Shown here: positions 19,237 through 30,843 of the stretch, piece by piece | Position numbering within the stretch: the stretch's first letter is position 1 | Layout: every line of letters starts with the position of its first letter | IMG/VR virus record: IMGVR_UViG_3300027763_000039 | Coordinates: 32,001-96,000 of that record | Reading direction: 5' to 3' (one strand) | Length of the DNA: 64,000 nucleotides | From: a virus | Notes under the pieces: generated by a model | What the model saw: the letters and a program-made list of their open reading frames with translations, nothing else | The model's database searches: none | What the model was told of the DNA's origin: nothing | Position numbers and translations under genes: made by a program

Positions 19237-22200
19237 CTAACAATTAACCGATTGTAAAATCCATGACCCATTCATAAAAATAAACATTCCTAAATCATCA
19301 GGCACAACATTAAAACCCATCGGATTATTAAAAGTAGTAAGATATGTCTCAGGGGTTATGACTGGTGCCGGAGATGTGGTTGAGCTTATATTGGCAGCCG
19401 TATTAGCTGGATCCTGATAAATATTATAGATAGATACCTGTGTTTCTCCTTTAATGATTCCAGAGGTTATGTAGTGTTTATTATAAATGGGTTCATAAAA
19501 TCCATTTTGACCATTATATTTACAATACACAGGAGCATTTCGTGGGACGCAAATAATATTCAGATTATCTTGAACAAATACTAATTTTCTTAAACCACTT
19601 GGTAATGGATCGTTTGTATATGAATCTTCTATAACAGCTCCTCTAGAGGGTTGTCTGTTAACTAAATCAGTTTCTAATACTACCCAAATTGGTTTATAAT
19701 TGGCTCCCACAGTCCATACTCCAGCATTAGCATCCCATCTTAAATCAATAGGTCCAACTGGCCAAGTACTAGGTAATTGTCCCCAACCTTTATAAAACTG
19801 ATGCTCCTTGTATGGCTCTGTCCATGTACCATCGGGTTTTTGGCTTTGATTTTTGTATATGATTTGTTTGGTTTTTGTATCTTTAACTATTTCTCCATCA
19901 ATAACTTTTGGTTCTCCAGAAGCATTAGGAACAGGATATCCTTCTAGATCATAACCCCAAGCATGGACCATTAAAGGTCCGCGTAAACCAAAATATCTCA
20001 TATTATTAGCTGGGGTGATTCCTGGAGCCACCCCCCGTTTGCTACAAAACTCCATATAATTTTGATCATAGTCTAAATAGCTACGCTCTATATTTTTTGC
20101 ATATGCTGGTTTTAAACCATTAGCCCCTTCTGGTATTGTTAATCCTTGACCTATCAGATCTATACTATGACCAGTTTTATCAGTAAATTGTCTATTTTGA
20201 AAACTACTAAATTCCCCAACAGACATTAATACAGGATTTAGTGTTGCATAATTAATAATTGGATTACCACTTAATCCATTAGGTAGTCCTGAAGAATTTT
20301 TACCGATCAAAGTCAAATCATCACCACTAGCTAAAATATATGGAGGATTAGTTTCTTTTGGAGATGCTGAAACCAAAGCTTTTTTCTTTTTATCTTCTAT
20401 AGTTTCACAAAATGGACATTCTACTTCTTTTTCGATTGCAGCATTAGTCATTGTGCTAACATTAACAGTAGTCAAAGTATTATCAGGATCTAAATATTTA
20501 TATTTATATTTTGCAGTTCCTTGACAAAATGGACATCCTGGCCTGGGATACTTGGTAATACTAAAAGTGGATCCGTGTGGAGTTGGATAAAATGAAATGG
20601 GAGATAGTATTCCGTCCAAACTCATCATCGATTTATTTTCATATCCTTTTTGAAATTCTGTAGGTAATTCTTGAACGTCCTGTAAAGAAACATTGGTTGA
20701 TTCCCTTATCATATTTATAGGATCATATGAAATGTTTCTCGTTACAAAAGGCATCTTAGACCAACCAGGAGAATAATTTAAATCTTTGTATATATCGGTG
20801 ATGGTACTATCTGGACGAACAATAGTAGCATTTGAACCAGTTAAAATTTCAAATGGACTCCATCTTAAAACCTTAGGAGTATTGTCTTCGTTGTGTATAT
20901 TAAAAAGATTTCCAAAATATCTTTGATTACTTAGTGTTGGACCATATTGTGGACCATTATTTAATGACCCTAATACTCCCATTAAGCTGGTACTTATTTC
21001 TTTTCTTCTTTTGAGTGATTCTTGACCTATTTCTTTTATTCTATCTGCATTTTCTTTGTTATAAAAACCCAATTTTCTAGTATAGGTTCTAAAATTATAA
21101 TTAGTAGTAATACCTCCTTCACCAACTTGAACTTGAATACTACTAATAATAGGACCTCCAAATTTTTGATTTTCACCTATTAGAGCATCTCCTAAATTAA
21201 AAGCTGTTCCTGAAAGACTTGTTAACAGTGCTCCGGGAACTTGAATAGAACCTTGTTCAGTGATTTGTTGATAGTTAACGTCATCTTTAATTCTTGCCAT
21301 AACAGCAGCGTCTAAAGCATCCATACCACCATAATTCCAAGGAACTAATCCAGCATCATGTTGAACTTTTACGCTTCCTACAAGATTATTAACAGATGAT
21401 GGTACATCTAAAACTGTTTTATCAAAGATTGCTTCTTCTATTAGTCCAGGATGATTGGTCCATGGTCCATATGTAGCCATTGAACTTTCAAGTGGTATAG
21501 CAGCAAAATATGGGTAAGCTGCTTTTTCTAAGACATGCATATTATTTGATGACAAGTTTGAATCTTGACCATTATTGTCCAAGAATACTTCATTTTGTAG
21601 ACCAGGATATAAAAATGATGCCATGACACCTCTTGGGTCCCAAGTTAAAGTATAAGGATATCTACGCAAACCTCCATTAACTGTTGAATTTGTTCCAACG
21701 TCCGCTCCATTTCTTACAGGAGATGGTATAGTAGAATCTTTCAGCATTTTCAGTAAAAAATCTTGACTTATAATATGTCCTACTTCTTTATCCGCTATAT
21801 TTCTACCATTACCCATTTTAACTGGTGAAGATATTTGTACTACTACTCTAGCGTCAGCGTCTGGCTCAATAAAAACAAAATCTTTTTCACAATTAGCTTT
21901 AACATATGTTTTACCAATTTGTTTACTAACTTTACTATTTGCTCCTGTACTAGATCCTATAGGAAATCCGTGAGCTGTGCGAAAAGCCATAGAATTTGCA
22001 AATCCACCAGTATATATGTCAATATATTCTTCTGGAGGCAAAGAATGACTGATAGAGCTATAATAATTATTATTTTCATCTACGGCATCAGTTGCTCTAC
22101 GACTATTTAGTAAAAATGTCCAATTGGTAACTAAATGAGATTTTCCATAATTACTAGCAGGAATGTTACTAGCATTGAAAATATATTGTTCAGCTACCCA

Positions 22201-24807
22201 CTTTTCTCTACTATTAACTTCTGGATGATTACTAAATCCAATTATTGGAGGTATTTTACCTTGATCATCACACATGGCATTAACTGTAACTGATCCTACT
22301 ATCAAAGCATCATCAATATAATTACCTGGTTCTTCCCAGGCCCCGTCAGATGAAATCTGAAAATCTGTATAAACCTTCCCAGTACCTTGTTGAACAAAGA
22401 TTCCAGTTGATTTTCCATCTGAATCTTTAATCTCAGTCGTGGCACCATCATTAGTAAATAATCTATTATCTCTATACCACTGTGGCATAGGAACTTTAAT
22501 CATATATTGTTTACCATAATATTCTGTGGCGATATTAGCAAAAAATTTATGAATAGCTTGCAAATGATTATATAGAGTTTTTTGAAAAGGAGTAGCTTTA
22601 TCCATTTCTGTTTGGGCCTGTCTTTGTGCTCCACCTTGAAAATTTGCTCGGTTCACACGATCAGTATTAGAGTTATTCCATAGCGTTTTTACTAAACCTT
22701 TAAAATTTTCTGAAGCATTAAAATTACCATATGTTTGTCTAAAAACTTTGTAACAAAGTTCAGCAATATCTGTGGTGAAATTTGGATTAAAAGCATATGC
22801 CATCCATACATCAAAACCCTTACCAGCAGCTCGTATTTCATTTTCTAAAACTAAAAATAATGAACTGTTATTACTATAACCATCAAAGTATGTTTTTGGC
22901 AAAGCACCCTTAAGGTCATCTATATAAAATAAAATTTGCATTTGAGCCATACCAGGATCAAAATAAACTTTACGAACTAATCCATTAGAGCCTACTCCAA
23001 AATAAGGACAGATGACATCTGTATACATTGGATGATTTTCCTTAGCTCCTGGTAATTTAATAAGAGTAATTTTACCAGCCAAATTTACTCCATCATAATA
23101 ATTTCCTCTAGAAATATTATTAGAAGAACTCCAAGGATCTAAAGGATTGGGATTATTTGAGAACATCTGTTTATCAGTGAAATTTCCCGGTTGATTCTCA
23201 GCCACTGCTGCACCATCACCATATAAACTAGAATATCTTCTGGTACTCAAAAAACTAGGAGCTCTTAATTGATTACTACCTGGTTGTCCAATAGAATTTT
23301 CATAATTAATAAAAGAACCCGTTTTATTATTAGCATAAGGATCATAAATTAGTGTTGTTTGCTTAGAAACTAAAGAACTAGTTTTAAATTGCCATAATCT
23401 TTTCTGTTTTCCACCCAAATACATTGATCTAGTAGTTTGATCAGAGTATTCTTGTCCATAATTGAAAGTGCTAACATTATACTTCTGCCTTACTAACCAA
23501 GATACATAGTTTTTAATAACATCTTTTTGTGGTTGTAATCTACGAGAGACTGTGTTAACCTTAAAAATGGCACTATATGTACTTCCAGCAGGAGCTGGTT
23601 CTAATGAGATAAAAAAATCATATCCTGATCCATCACAAATTTCTGTAATAAAAGACATTAAACTAATAGTTGGTCCTGTCATATATAGACTAGAAGGTGG
23701 ATATGGTAATGCGCTCAAATCTAATTTATAGTAAGAATGAAAACTTCCATCACCACCCATAACACTAGGACATAAACAACAGTCTTTTAATGATATCTTG
23801 TTACCATCAGCATCATTTATACCAGATTGATCAAAATCTACAGGAGAACCATTTGCAAAAGATAGTGCTCGGCCAAGAATTGCACCATGAGGAAAAAATG
23901 GATTAGTGTCTGTTGTTCCTTGAGCCAGCATATTAACTAGAGCATCATAGATATTTCTTGCGGGTATTCCATTGTCTGTTCTTCCAGAATTACCAAATCC
24001 TATTTGTTCCCAGTATCCATAAATATTAAAAACATTAGGTAAATTACCTTGTCTTATAGAACCATTAAATGGTAAAAACGGTTTAGTAGAATCATAATGA
24101 CATGGTACAGAGATATTTTTTCCAGTACTATTGTCTGCTGTGTTTGGTATTGTGGCGGCTACTGTTCCAGCATATTCATCTATAATTAACCAACATCCTT
24201 TTAATAAAGACGACCCACTCTTCATCTCTATTTCATAAATGGGCGAACCGCCTTGAGAACCGTTAGCTTTCCATGATGTTATTAATCCTCCAAAATATAA
24301 ATCTTCAAACCAAAATACTGCTGGAATACCAATCAAGTCATATCCTACATTAGAAAACTTATTGGCGCCAGCTAAAAACCCTGGATCTGGTCCTAACCAT
24401 TTTTTTGGAATACCATTAACATTTTTACATATTTTCCCAAAATCCATACTATTATTATTTTGTTGTTCAATTTGTAAGCTAATTGGCTTAACTAAATTTT
24501 TAGTATTATCTGTAGAGAAATTTTCTGATGAGTCCATCACCAAAGCTTGAGACTTAGTATTAACTGGTTGATTATTAACCTGTTTTACCGAAGTATTAAG
24601 AGTATTATATTTAACAGATCGTGGGTGGTATGCTTGGTCCCATACTACAGTAACGGTTAAAGAACTAGAATCCTCACCCCAGGCCAAATTCATATTAAAG
24701 TTAGTAACGCTACATCCTAAAAATAGTGATTGTTCTAGTGGACCAACTTCTCTATATGACCCAACCGGATCAGCTGTACACTCTTTGCTAGGAGTTATAT
24801 TTCCCAT
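19237..24807 (-). CDS. Putative tail hub/central tail-tip protein (1856 aa)
   Basis: Third gene after the TMP; FLGCSVTNFNMNLAWG..SSLTVTVV, FEDLYFGGLITSW and ISSIQVQVGEGGITTNYNFRT are beta-strand patterns typical of hub proteins; two CPFC motifs. Confidence 0.55.
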   Translation of the reverse strand: MGNITPSKECTADPVGSYREVGPLEQSLFLGCSVTNFNMNLAWGEDSSSLTVTVVWDQAYHPRSVKYNTLNTSVKQVNNQPVNTKSQALVMDSSENFSTDNTKNLVKPISLQIEQQNNNSMDFGKICKNVNGIPKKWLGPDPGFLAGANKFSNVGYDLIGIPAVFWFEDLYFGGLITSWKANGSQGGSPIYEIEMKSGSSLLKGCWLIIDEYAGTVAATIPNTADNSTGKNISVPCHYDSTKPFLPFNGSIRQGNLPNVFNIYGYWEQIGFGNSGRTDNGIPARNIYDALVNMLAQGTTDTNPFFPHGAILGRALSFANGSPVDFDQSGINDADGNKISLKDCCLCPSVMGGDGSFHSYYKLDLSALPYPPSSLYMTGPTISLMSFITEICDGSGYDFFISLEPAPAGSTYSAIFKVNTVSRRLQPQKDVIKNYVSWLVRQKYNVSTFNYGQEYSDQTTRSMYLGGKQKRLWQFKTSSLVSKQTTLIYDPYANNKTGSFINYENSIGQPGSNQLRAPSFLSTRRYSSLYGDGAAVAENQPGNFTDKQMFSNNPNPLDPWSSSNNISRGNYYDGVNLAGKITLIKLPGAKENHPMYTDVICPYFGVGSNGLVRKVYFDPGMAQMQILFYIDDLKGALPKTYFDGYSNNSSLFLVLENEIRAAGKGFDVWMAYAFNPNFTTDIAELCYKVFRQTYGNFNASENFKGLVKTLWNNSNTDRVNRANFQGGAQRQAQTEMDKATPFQKTLYNHLQAIHKFFANIATEYYGKQYMIKVPMPQWYRDNRLFTNDGATTEIKDSDGKSTGIFVQQGTGKVYTDFQISSDGAWEEPGNYIDDALIVGSVTVNAMCDDQGKIPPIIGFSNHPEVNSREKWVAEQYIFNASNIPASNYGKSHLVTNWTFLLNSRRATDAVDENNNYYSSISHSLPPEEYIDIYTGGFANSMAFRTAHGFPIGSSTGANSKVSKQIGKTYVKANCEKDFVFIEPDADARVVVQISSPVKMGNGRNIADKEVGHIISQDFLLKMLKDSTIPSPVRNGADVGTNSTVNGGLRRYPYTLTWDPRGVMASFLYPGLQNEVFLDNNGQDSNLSSNNMHVLEKAAYPYFAAIPLESSMATYGPWTNHPGLIEEAIFDKTVLDVPSSVNNLVGSVKVQHDAGLVPWNYGGMDALDAAVMARIKDDVNYQQITEQGSIQVPGALLTSLSGTAFNLGDALIGENQKFGGPIISSIQVQVGEGGITTNYNFRTYTRKLGFYNKENADRIKEIGQESLKRRKEISTSLMGVLGSLNNGPQYGPTLSNQRYFGNLFNIHNEDNTPKVLRWSPFEILTGSNATIVRPDSTITDIYKDLNYSPGWSKMPFVTRNISYDPINMIRESTNVSLQDVQELPTEFQKGYENKSMMSLDGILSPISFYPTPHGSTFSITKYPRPGCPFCQGTAKYKYKYLDPDNTLTTVNVSTMTNAAIEKEVECPFCETIEDKKKKALVSASPKETNPPYILASGDDLTLIGKNSSGLPNGLSGNPIINYATLNPVLMSVGEFSSFQNRQFTDKTGHSIDLIGQGLTIPEGANGLKPAYAKNIERSYLDYDQNYMEFCSKRGVAPGITPANNMRYFGLRGPLMVHAWGYDLEGYPVPNASGEPKVIDGEIVKDTKTKQIIYKNQSQKPDGTWTEPYKEHQFYKGWGQLPSTWPVGPIDLRWDANAGVWTVGANYKPIWVVLETDLVNRQPSRGAVIEDSYTNDPLPSGLRKLVFVQDNLNIICVPRNAPVYCKYNGQNGFYEPIYNKHYITSGIIKGETQVSIYNIYQDPANTAANISSTTSPAPVITPETYLTTFNNPMGFNVVPDDLGMFIFMNGSWILQSVNC

Positions 24808-24834
24808 AATTTTATCCTTATTTTAATCTTCCTA

Positions 24835-26481
24835 TTAATCTGTTATGCACCTTACCCATTCCCATCCTTTAATTTTCGTGAATCTTCCTTCGGTGGGATT
24901 CCAAGTTGAACTATCCTGCTTGATATAAGATTTTACACCGCCGTTGATTGGATTAGATGACATATTCCCCGGATTAAAAGCTTCAACTGCTCCTGTAACA
25001 GCATTATAATGTTCTACTGGAAATGTTAGATTTTTTAATCCTGTTGGCCTAGGAAATATCGCTTCAAAAGTAACATTTCTAGTAGCAGCAGTAACTGTTC
25101 CCAAGTCTTGTAAAATAGGACCAAGTTTACGACCAAGAACAAAAATAGAAGCAATAATAGGAACAGCAGAAGTATCTTCTATAGTTAATGTTTCGCTAAT
25201 TGAACCTGGAATTAAATTAATTGGTCTATTGTTAAAAACCCAATTATAAGTCACAGTACCTTCTGATGGATTAAAACCTTCTTGAATACTATATGGAATG
25301 GGATTCATTGCATTTTCATATCCATTTGATCGAGTTCTATCGTTTTTGAATGGGCCGTCTTTAAAAAGAGGAGAAAAAAAGCTACGATCTCCAGTATTGG
25401 CAAAACTATTTACTCTATTCATTATTTCAGGCTTAATACCACTATATCCACTAATAGCAGCAATAAATTTACTATTGTATATTCTAGTGTCTTTAGTATC
25501 TTTGTTATGAAGTTCGGCCAACGAACCACTTAAAGATCCACTAATATATGGTACTTTATCTTTGTTGTATATGTTTCCACTTTGAAAAGGTTCTAATCCT
25601 TTAACTGTGCCTTGAATAGTAACTGTTCTTAACATGGTATTATCTAGAGTATTCTCCACAGAGAAAGTTTCTATATACCCCATTTTATCATCAGGCATAC
25701 CCAGCCAAGTATCTGTAACTTTATAAGAACCTTCAGTATCACTAGTATTAACACTTCTAACAAAATTATACAGATATAAGCCCTGATCAATAACTCCTGT
25801 ATATTTGGGGATTCCAGTAAGATGAACATTAACCCAGTATTTTGCATTTTGAACGGCACTTGTTCCTACTCCACTACCTGTTGGTATAAATTTACCAACT
25901 GCCCCTAATACTCTGGTAATACGATATAGTGGATATATTGAACCGGCACCATATGTTATCTTTCCAAAACCCAAAGAACCAATATCTAATGGAGATTTAG
26001 CAAAATTATACTCATCAATAGTTTCTATAGTATAATCATCTTGCGTACTACTAACATAGTATATGTTATTTCCTGTATCTACAACTTCTGATTGTAATTC
26101 TATACTATAGTTTATTGTAGTTGTCCAATTATCCTCTGTTTTATCAGCAGCATATTTAGTAATTTTAATTCCAGAATATACTATATTATCCTTAGTAGAA
26201 TTATCATTCTCTCCACAACCGATAGTTAAATTTTGTCCATCTGAAGAAAAAATCTTTTTCAATCCACTTTCCAAAGTTAGTAAACCAGAAAAACCAGAAT
26301 TCCCGCCGCTAATAGCAGAATAGATTTTCCCCTCTAAATTAATAGTAACAGTAGCTCCAACAGGTCTCCCACCACCATCTCTTTGTTGTTCTTTAGAGAT
26401 ACTTATTACTGGAACAGGATATCCGCTGGCTCCTTTAAAGCTAAAGGTTCCATATTTTATATATGCTGATGTTGCTGCCAT
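24835..26481 (-). CDS. Putative distal tail/tail-tip structural protein
   Basis: Position after the TMP; beta-rich (TVTINLEGKI, INYSIELQS, RTVTIQGTVKG); AAGGA RBS. Confidence 0.5.
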   Translation of the reverse strand: MAATSAYIKYGTFSFKGASGYPVPVISISKEQQRDGGGRPVGATVTINLEGKIYSAISGGNSGFSGLLTLESGLKKIFSSDGQNLTIGCGENDNSTKDNIVYSGIKITKYAADKTEDNWTTTINYSIELQSEVVDTGNNIYYVSSTQDDYTIETIDEYNFAKSPLDIGSLGFGKITYGAGSIYPLYRITRVLGAVGKFIPTGSGVGTSAVQNAKYWVNVHLTGIPKYTGVIDQGLYLYNFVRSVNTSDTEGSYKVTDTWLGMPDDKMGYIETFSVENTLDNTMLRTVTIQGTVKGLEPFQSGNIYNKDKVPYISGSLSGSLAELHNKDTKDTRIYNSKFIAAISGYSGIKPEIMNRVNSFANTGDRSFFSPLFKDGPFKNDRTRSNGYENAMNPIPYSIQEGFNPSEGTVTYNWVFNNRPINLIPGSISETLTIEDTSAVPIIASIFVLGRKLGPILQDLGTVTAATRNVTFEAIFPRPTGLKNLTFPVEHYNAVTGAVEAFNPGNMSSNPINGGVKSYIKQDSSTWNPTEGRFTKIKGWEWVRCITD

Positions 26482-26502
26482 AAATTATCCTTAAATTTAT
26501 TC

Positions 26503-29500
26503 CTAGTTCAAATACAATGGATCAGCACCATAATGATTGAGCTGATTGATTCTTGCTGTGGCTGACCATATTGCAGTATATCCTGTGGAACCACTAGCAA
26601 CAATACTCAGTCTAGAGGGATTAGATGCAACTATTTGAGTGCTCAATGACATTCCAGCAGGCATACTATCTCCATAAGTTCTTACGCTTTCTGTGCCAAG
26701 CTTAGAAAATCTAAGACCACTCACTGTTCTAATTAGAGCCCCTTCAATAAATATACCAGCCCCATATCTAGTCCCATAAGTATTTTGAGCTATTGTAGTC
26801 CCAGATTGCCACATAACAGAAACATCTATTTGATATGCCCAAACTCTATCGTATTCATAATTTTGAGATCCAGAAAAAGCATCCAAATTGATACAGTTGG
26901 TTGAGGTTTCTGTTGTAGAAACTGTGCTTCCAGTTTGTGGTTTTGTCCAATCATTTACTAATGGTCTTACTTGACCACCATCTGTTGTACGAGTTCTTAA
27001 ATAGTATTGAGCAAACTGGGATGATCCGTTGTATTTTTCTTCACTAACCTTCAGAGATCCTCCAGCAAAAACATGATTATGTGTTGTGCGAGTTACTTGT
27101 GCTTTATAACCAAATTCTATACCAGCAATAGTACCAGGATCATTAGCTGTTGTGTTTTGATAAACTCTTAAACCACTAGATCCTACCCATGCATCTCCAC
27201 GATAAACTAACATGCTTCCATCAGTCATGTTGGTGCCATCAACAAATTTATTAGTTAAACCAATATCTACTCTGTATGATGAATTACCTTGTGAAGTGTA
27301 GGTTATATTTGCTGGATATATTCCAGAAAACTGTGTTTTCAAATCTATATCGCTAAAGCTCAAATTCCCATACTGGTCAGTTTTTAAATAATATCCAGAG
27401 ACGGTTGCTCCCACACCAAGTTTCAAACTATTAAACCAAGCTGTACCATTAGCATATAATACCACTCCACTGCTATTAGCATTAGAAATATTATTAGATG
27501 AAGCATTGATCATCACTGATCCAGTTGGACTAATATGAAAACCATTTCTATTGCTCCAAGAACCAGAATTAATAACCGAAAATTTATTACCTAAGCCACG
27601 GTTATTAAATACTGTATCATAATTATCGTTAGAGCTTAGTACGATATTATAAAAGCTATCTGGATTATTAACTAGAACATCATTAGTAAAGACTCCAGTA
27701 GCTCCCAGAGCTAAAATTTGTTGAGAATTGATCCATTTGATGCTGGCATTTCCTGTAGCTAATGAGCCTTCATTTGCAAAAATAACACTATTAGGTCTTG
27801 TTGTAGTAGAGTTTAATCGTCCACTATTATTAACATATAAGAATGTTCCAGTAAGACTAGGAGATAGATTGATTCCACTACTGATTGTTAAATTATTAAA
27901 TGTGCCAGAATTACCACTAACATTATAAAAATCGATTCTTTGATTACCAAAATTAGTATCTAATAATACTTTAGCAAATTCAACACCACCACTACCTCTT
28001 ATTCTGAATCTGTATGTGGATGCTTCATCATTAACAAATACCCCGGTAGAAGCAATATAAAAACCATTATCTCCCCCCAAATTAAAATTCATTTGTTTGG
28101 TACTAGGACTGTACAATATCTCAGAAATGCCACTAGCAACCTTATCACTTACTCTATACAATAATCCATTATCCGTACCAGAAATTCTAACAGGCAACTG
28201 CCATGTTCCAACGCCGTTAGTATTAGTTGTTAATACATAAGCGTCTGGAGCAGAAAAACCCACTCTAATTCCGGATGTTGTTGTTGTTCCACTTACTGAT
28301 AACTCTGATGTTGGACTATTTGTATTAATACCTACTCTATTATTATTTAAAGAAACATTCAAAACACTAGTATTATCATTACTAGACTTAATAATAAAGT
28401 TATCTTGTATAGCACCAGAATTGAAGACAACCTTATCATTATCTAATAACATCTTATTAGAATTATTAGTGCCCATATAAAGAGTATTATCTGCAACACC
28501 ACTAATACCGTATCCTAGCACCACATTACGAACACCAGAAACATTATTATTATAACCAACAACAACACCACTACTATACAAATATCTATTATTAGTGCCA
28601 ATAACTATATTATTAGAACCATAGATTGGATTCGTTTCAGTACCACCAGCCCCACCCATTCGTTGATATGGCATTACTAAACCACTAATTACGGATGTAT
28701 TGGGACTATTATTATCATCAAAAGCAGTATTGATAGAATAATATCCATTAGTAGTATCAACAGACATTGGTGAACCAATAGATATGGTAGTGGTTTCATC
28801 AATAGTATTTTCTGTTACATTAACAATATCTCTAATGAAAGTATTTGAAACAGATGGTGAGCTTTGAACGTAAAATAAAATCTTATCACCGGCTATATAT
28901 TGTGACAATAATCCACGGGTGGGAATTGTTATATTGAGTCCAGCACTATCTAAAGTACATTTGTCTCTGGTGGAACCTAAAGTATTATTACGACCATATA
29001 CTATATTATTGATACCGTGTAAATTATTTGATGTTCCAATAATGATTCCACTTGATACTGCCTGATTATATCCTAATACAATATTTCCACTACCAAAAAC
29101 ATCCATTTTATTATTTGTGGTGTTAAAAACTATAGACTCTTGACCAACAGCTAGTATCTTAGATCCAACAGCACCTAATTGATCACCGACCAAGAAATTA
29201 GAATTGCCAATTGCATAAGCGTTGGAAGTATTTTTTAAGTTATTATAGGAACCAACAGAACTAATATTAGAACCAGAAGCAACATTTTTATTACCCAAAA
29301 TAACATTACTATTACCAGATAATACCAAATTATTAATACCAGCAACAATAGAATTATTAACTGTTCCAGCTGTTCTAGCAGGGTTACCGCTAATGGCTCC
29401 ATCTGAAGAGATATAAGCTCCAGTTTGATTATTCAGTATGCCTACAATTAAATTATTATTACTAATGGGTGGGACAGCATTAATGCTACCCAATACTAAA

Positions 29501-30831
29501 TTGTTAGAGACAGTACCACTTAAATTATTAGTATTGCCAACAACTAAAGAACCATTGATATCCTTAAGAGTATTAGACTGACCAATAAGTAATAGTTTGG
29601 ATGGGGCTCCACTAGCAAAATTATTATTGATACCTAAAAGAATACTTTGATCCAGACCAGAGCTTGTAGAATTACCTAATCCAATAACAATAGACTTGCT
29701 TGTATCTTGTAAATTAATATTATTGCCAACAAAAATACCACTAGAAATATTAGTTATATTTTGATCAGAACCAATACAGATAAGTTTGGTGCCGGTAATT
29801 ACATCTGAACTGCCATATACTTTATTAGAGTTACCACTTAAACTAACTTTAGAACCAACTACGCTATTATCATTACCAAATATAGTATTAATATTACCAA
29901 TATAAATATTGTTGTCGCCAGTATTACTTACATAAGAACCCAAAACAACACCAGATGCTCCAGAACCAACTCCAACTTGAACTAATCCAACATTTGTAGA
30001 AACATTAAGATTGTTATTCCTTCCTAAAAGAATATTATAGTTACCAGTAATACTACTAGAATTACCAACAAAAATATTAGATAACCCAGTTAAACTAACT
30101 GAGTCACCCAGAGCAGTATTATTTGAACCAATTAATCTAGAGTTATTTACTAGAGCAAAAACTTTGGCTCCATTAAAATAGTTTGAACTACCAACAACTA
30201 TGCCAGTATTAGATATTCCTGTGTTACTTGAGCCGACAGTTGTTAATCCAACACCAGTTACAGAATTGCCAACACCTAAGACTGTGTATGTATAACCAGA
30301 AACGCTGTTGCCACCACCCAGCACAACATTTCTTAAATTAGCACTAAATACTGGTTTATTTGTTCCTTTATCGTCAACAGTGAATAGTATTTCGCCACTA
30401 GTAGATCCCGTAATAGGATCTAAAATTTTGGACATTATTTGTCCGTAAACAATTTCGTTATAATTAGTGTCTCGTCCAGCCAAATTAATAGTAGCTGGAT
30501 AGCTGCCAGATAATGGAGCAGTTTGGGGGTTGTGTACTAATAGGAGGGTGACACCTGTGGGGCAATTTGTAATACTCTCAACAATTAAGCCATCTTTAGC
30601 ACATGGGGCGACCACATGCAAAACAGCATCTGGTAATCCTGTACCAATTCCTAGTCTGCCAGTTGAGGCATCAAAATGTACTAGTCCATTACCGGTACCA
30701 CGAATGCTAAAATCAATATCTTGTTTGAGAGCATTAAAAGAGGTGCTAATACCAGAAGTTTCTGATAAGATAATTGATGGATTAACGCCAGAACCAACAT
30801 AGAGTGTGCCGGATACTGTTTGATTGCTCAT
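26503..30831 (-). CDS. Tail fibre/adhesin with beta-roll (YadA-head-like) repeats
   Basis: Long run of ~14-aa [hydrophobic]-G-x-N-N repeats (about aa 170-790), RLGIGT/RVGINTNSP fibre motifs, YVLTTNTNGVGTW. Confidence 0.7.
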   Translation of the reverse strand: MSNQTVSGTLYVGSGVNPSIILSETSGISTSFNALKQDIDFSIRGTGNGLVHFDASTGRLGIGTGLPDAVLHVVAPCAKDGLIVESITNCPTGVTLLLVHNPQTAPLSGSYPATINLAGRDTNYNEIVYGQIMSKILDPITGSTSGEILFTVDDKGTNKPVFSANLRNVVLGGGNSVSGYTYTVLGVGNSVTGVGLTTVGSSNTGISNTGIVVGSSNYFNGAKVFALVNNSRLIGSNNTALGDSVSLTGLSNIFVGNSSSITGNYNILLGRNNNLNVSTNVGLVQVGVGSGASGVVLGSYVSNTGDNNIYIGNINTIFGNDNSVVGSKVSLSGNSNKVYGSSDVITGTKLICIGSDQNITNISSGIFVGNNINLQDTSKSIVIGLGNSTSSGLDQSILLGINNNFASGAPSKLLLIGQSNTLKDINGSLVVGNTNNLSGTVSNNLVLGSINAVPPISNNNLIVGILNNQTGAYISSDGAISGNPARTAGTVNNSIVAGINNLVLSGNSNVILGNKNVASGSNISSVGSYNNLKNTSNAYAIGNSNFLVGDQLGAVGSKILAVGQESIVFNTTNNKMDVFGSGNIVLGYNQAVSSGIIIGTSNNLHGINNIVYGRNNTLGSTRDKCTLDSAGLNITIPTRGLLSQYIAGDKILFYVQSSPSVSNTFIRDIVNVTENTIDETTTISIGSPMSVDTTNGYYSINTAFDDNNSPNTSVISGLVMPYQRMGGAGGTETNPIYGSNNIVIGTNNRYLYSSGVVVGYNNNVSGVRNVVLGYGISGVADNTLYMGTNNSNKMLLDNDKVVFNSGAIQDNFIIKSSNDNTSVLNVSLNNNRVGINTNSPTSELSVSGTTTTSGIRVGFSAPDAYVLTTNTNGVGTWQLPVRISGTDNGLLYRVSDKVASGISEILYSPSTKQMNFNLGGDNGFYIASTGVFVNDEASTYRFRIRGSGGVEFAKVLLDTNFGNQRIDFYNVSGNSGTFNNLTISSGINLSPSLTGTFLYVNNSGRLNSTTTRPNSVIFANEGSLATGNASIKWINSQQILALGATGVFTNDVLVNNPDSFYNIVLSSNDNYDTVFNNRGLGNKFSVINSGSWSNRNGFHISPTGSVMINASSNNISNANSSGVVLYANGTAWFNSLKLGVGATVSGYYLKTDQYGNLSFSDIDLKTQFSGIYPANITYTSQGNSSYRVDIGLTNKFVDGTNMTDGSMLVYRGDAWVGSSGLRVYQNTTANDPGTIAGIEFGYKAQVTRTTHNHVFAGGSLKVSEEKYNGSSQFAQYYLRTRTTDGGQVRPLVNDWTKPQTGSTVSTTETSTNCINLDAFSGSQNYEYDRVWAYQIDVSVMWQSGTTIAQNTYGTRYGAGIFIEGALIRTVSGLRFSKLGTESVRTYGDSMPAGMSLSTQIVASNPSRLSIVASGSTGYTAIWSATARINQLNHYGADPLYLN

Positions 30832-30843
30832 TATAATTACCCC

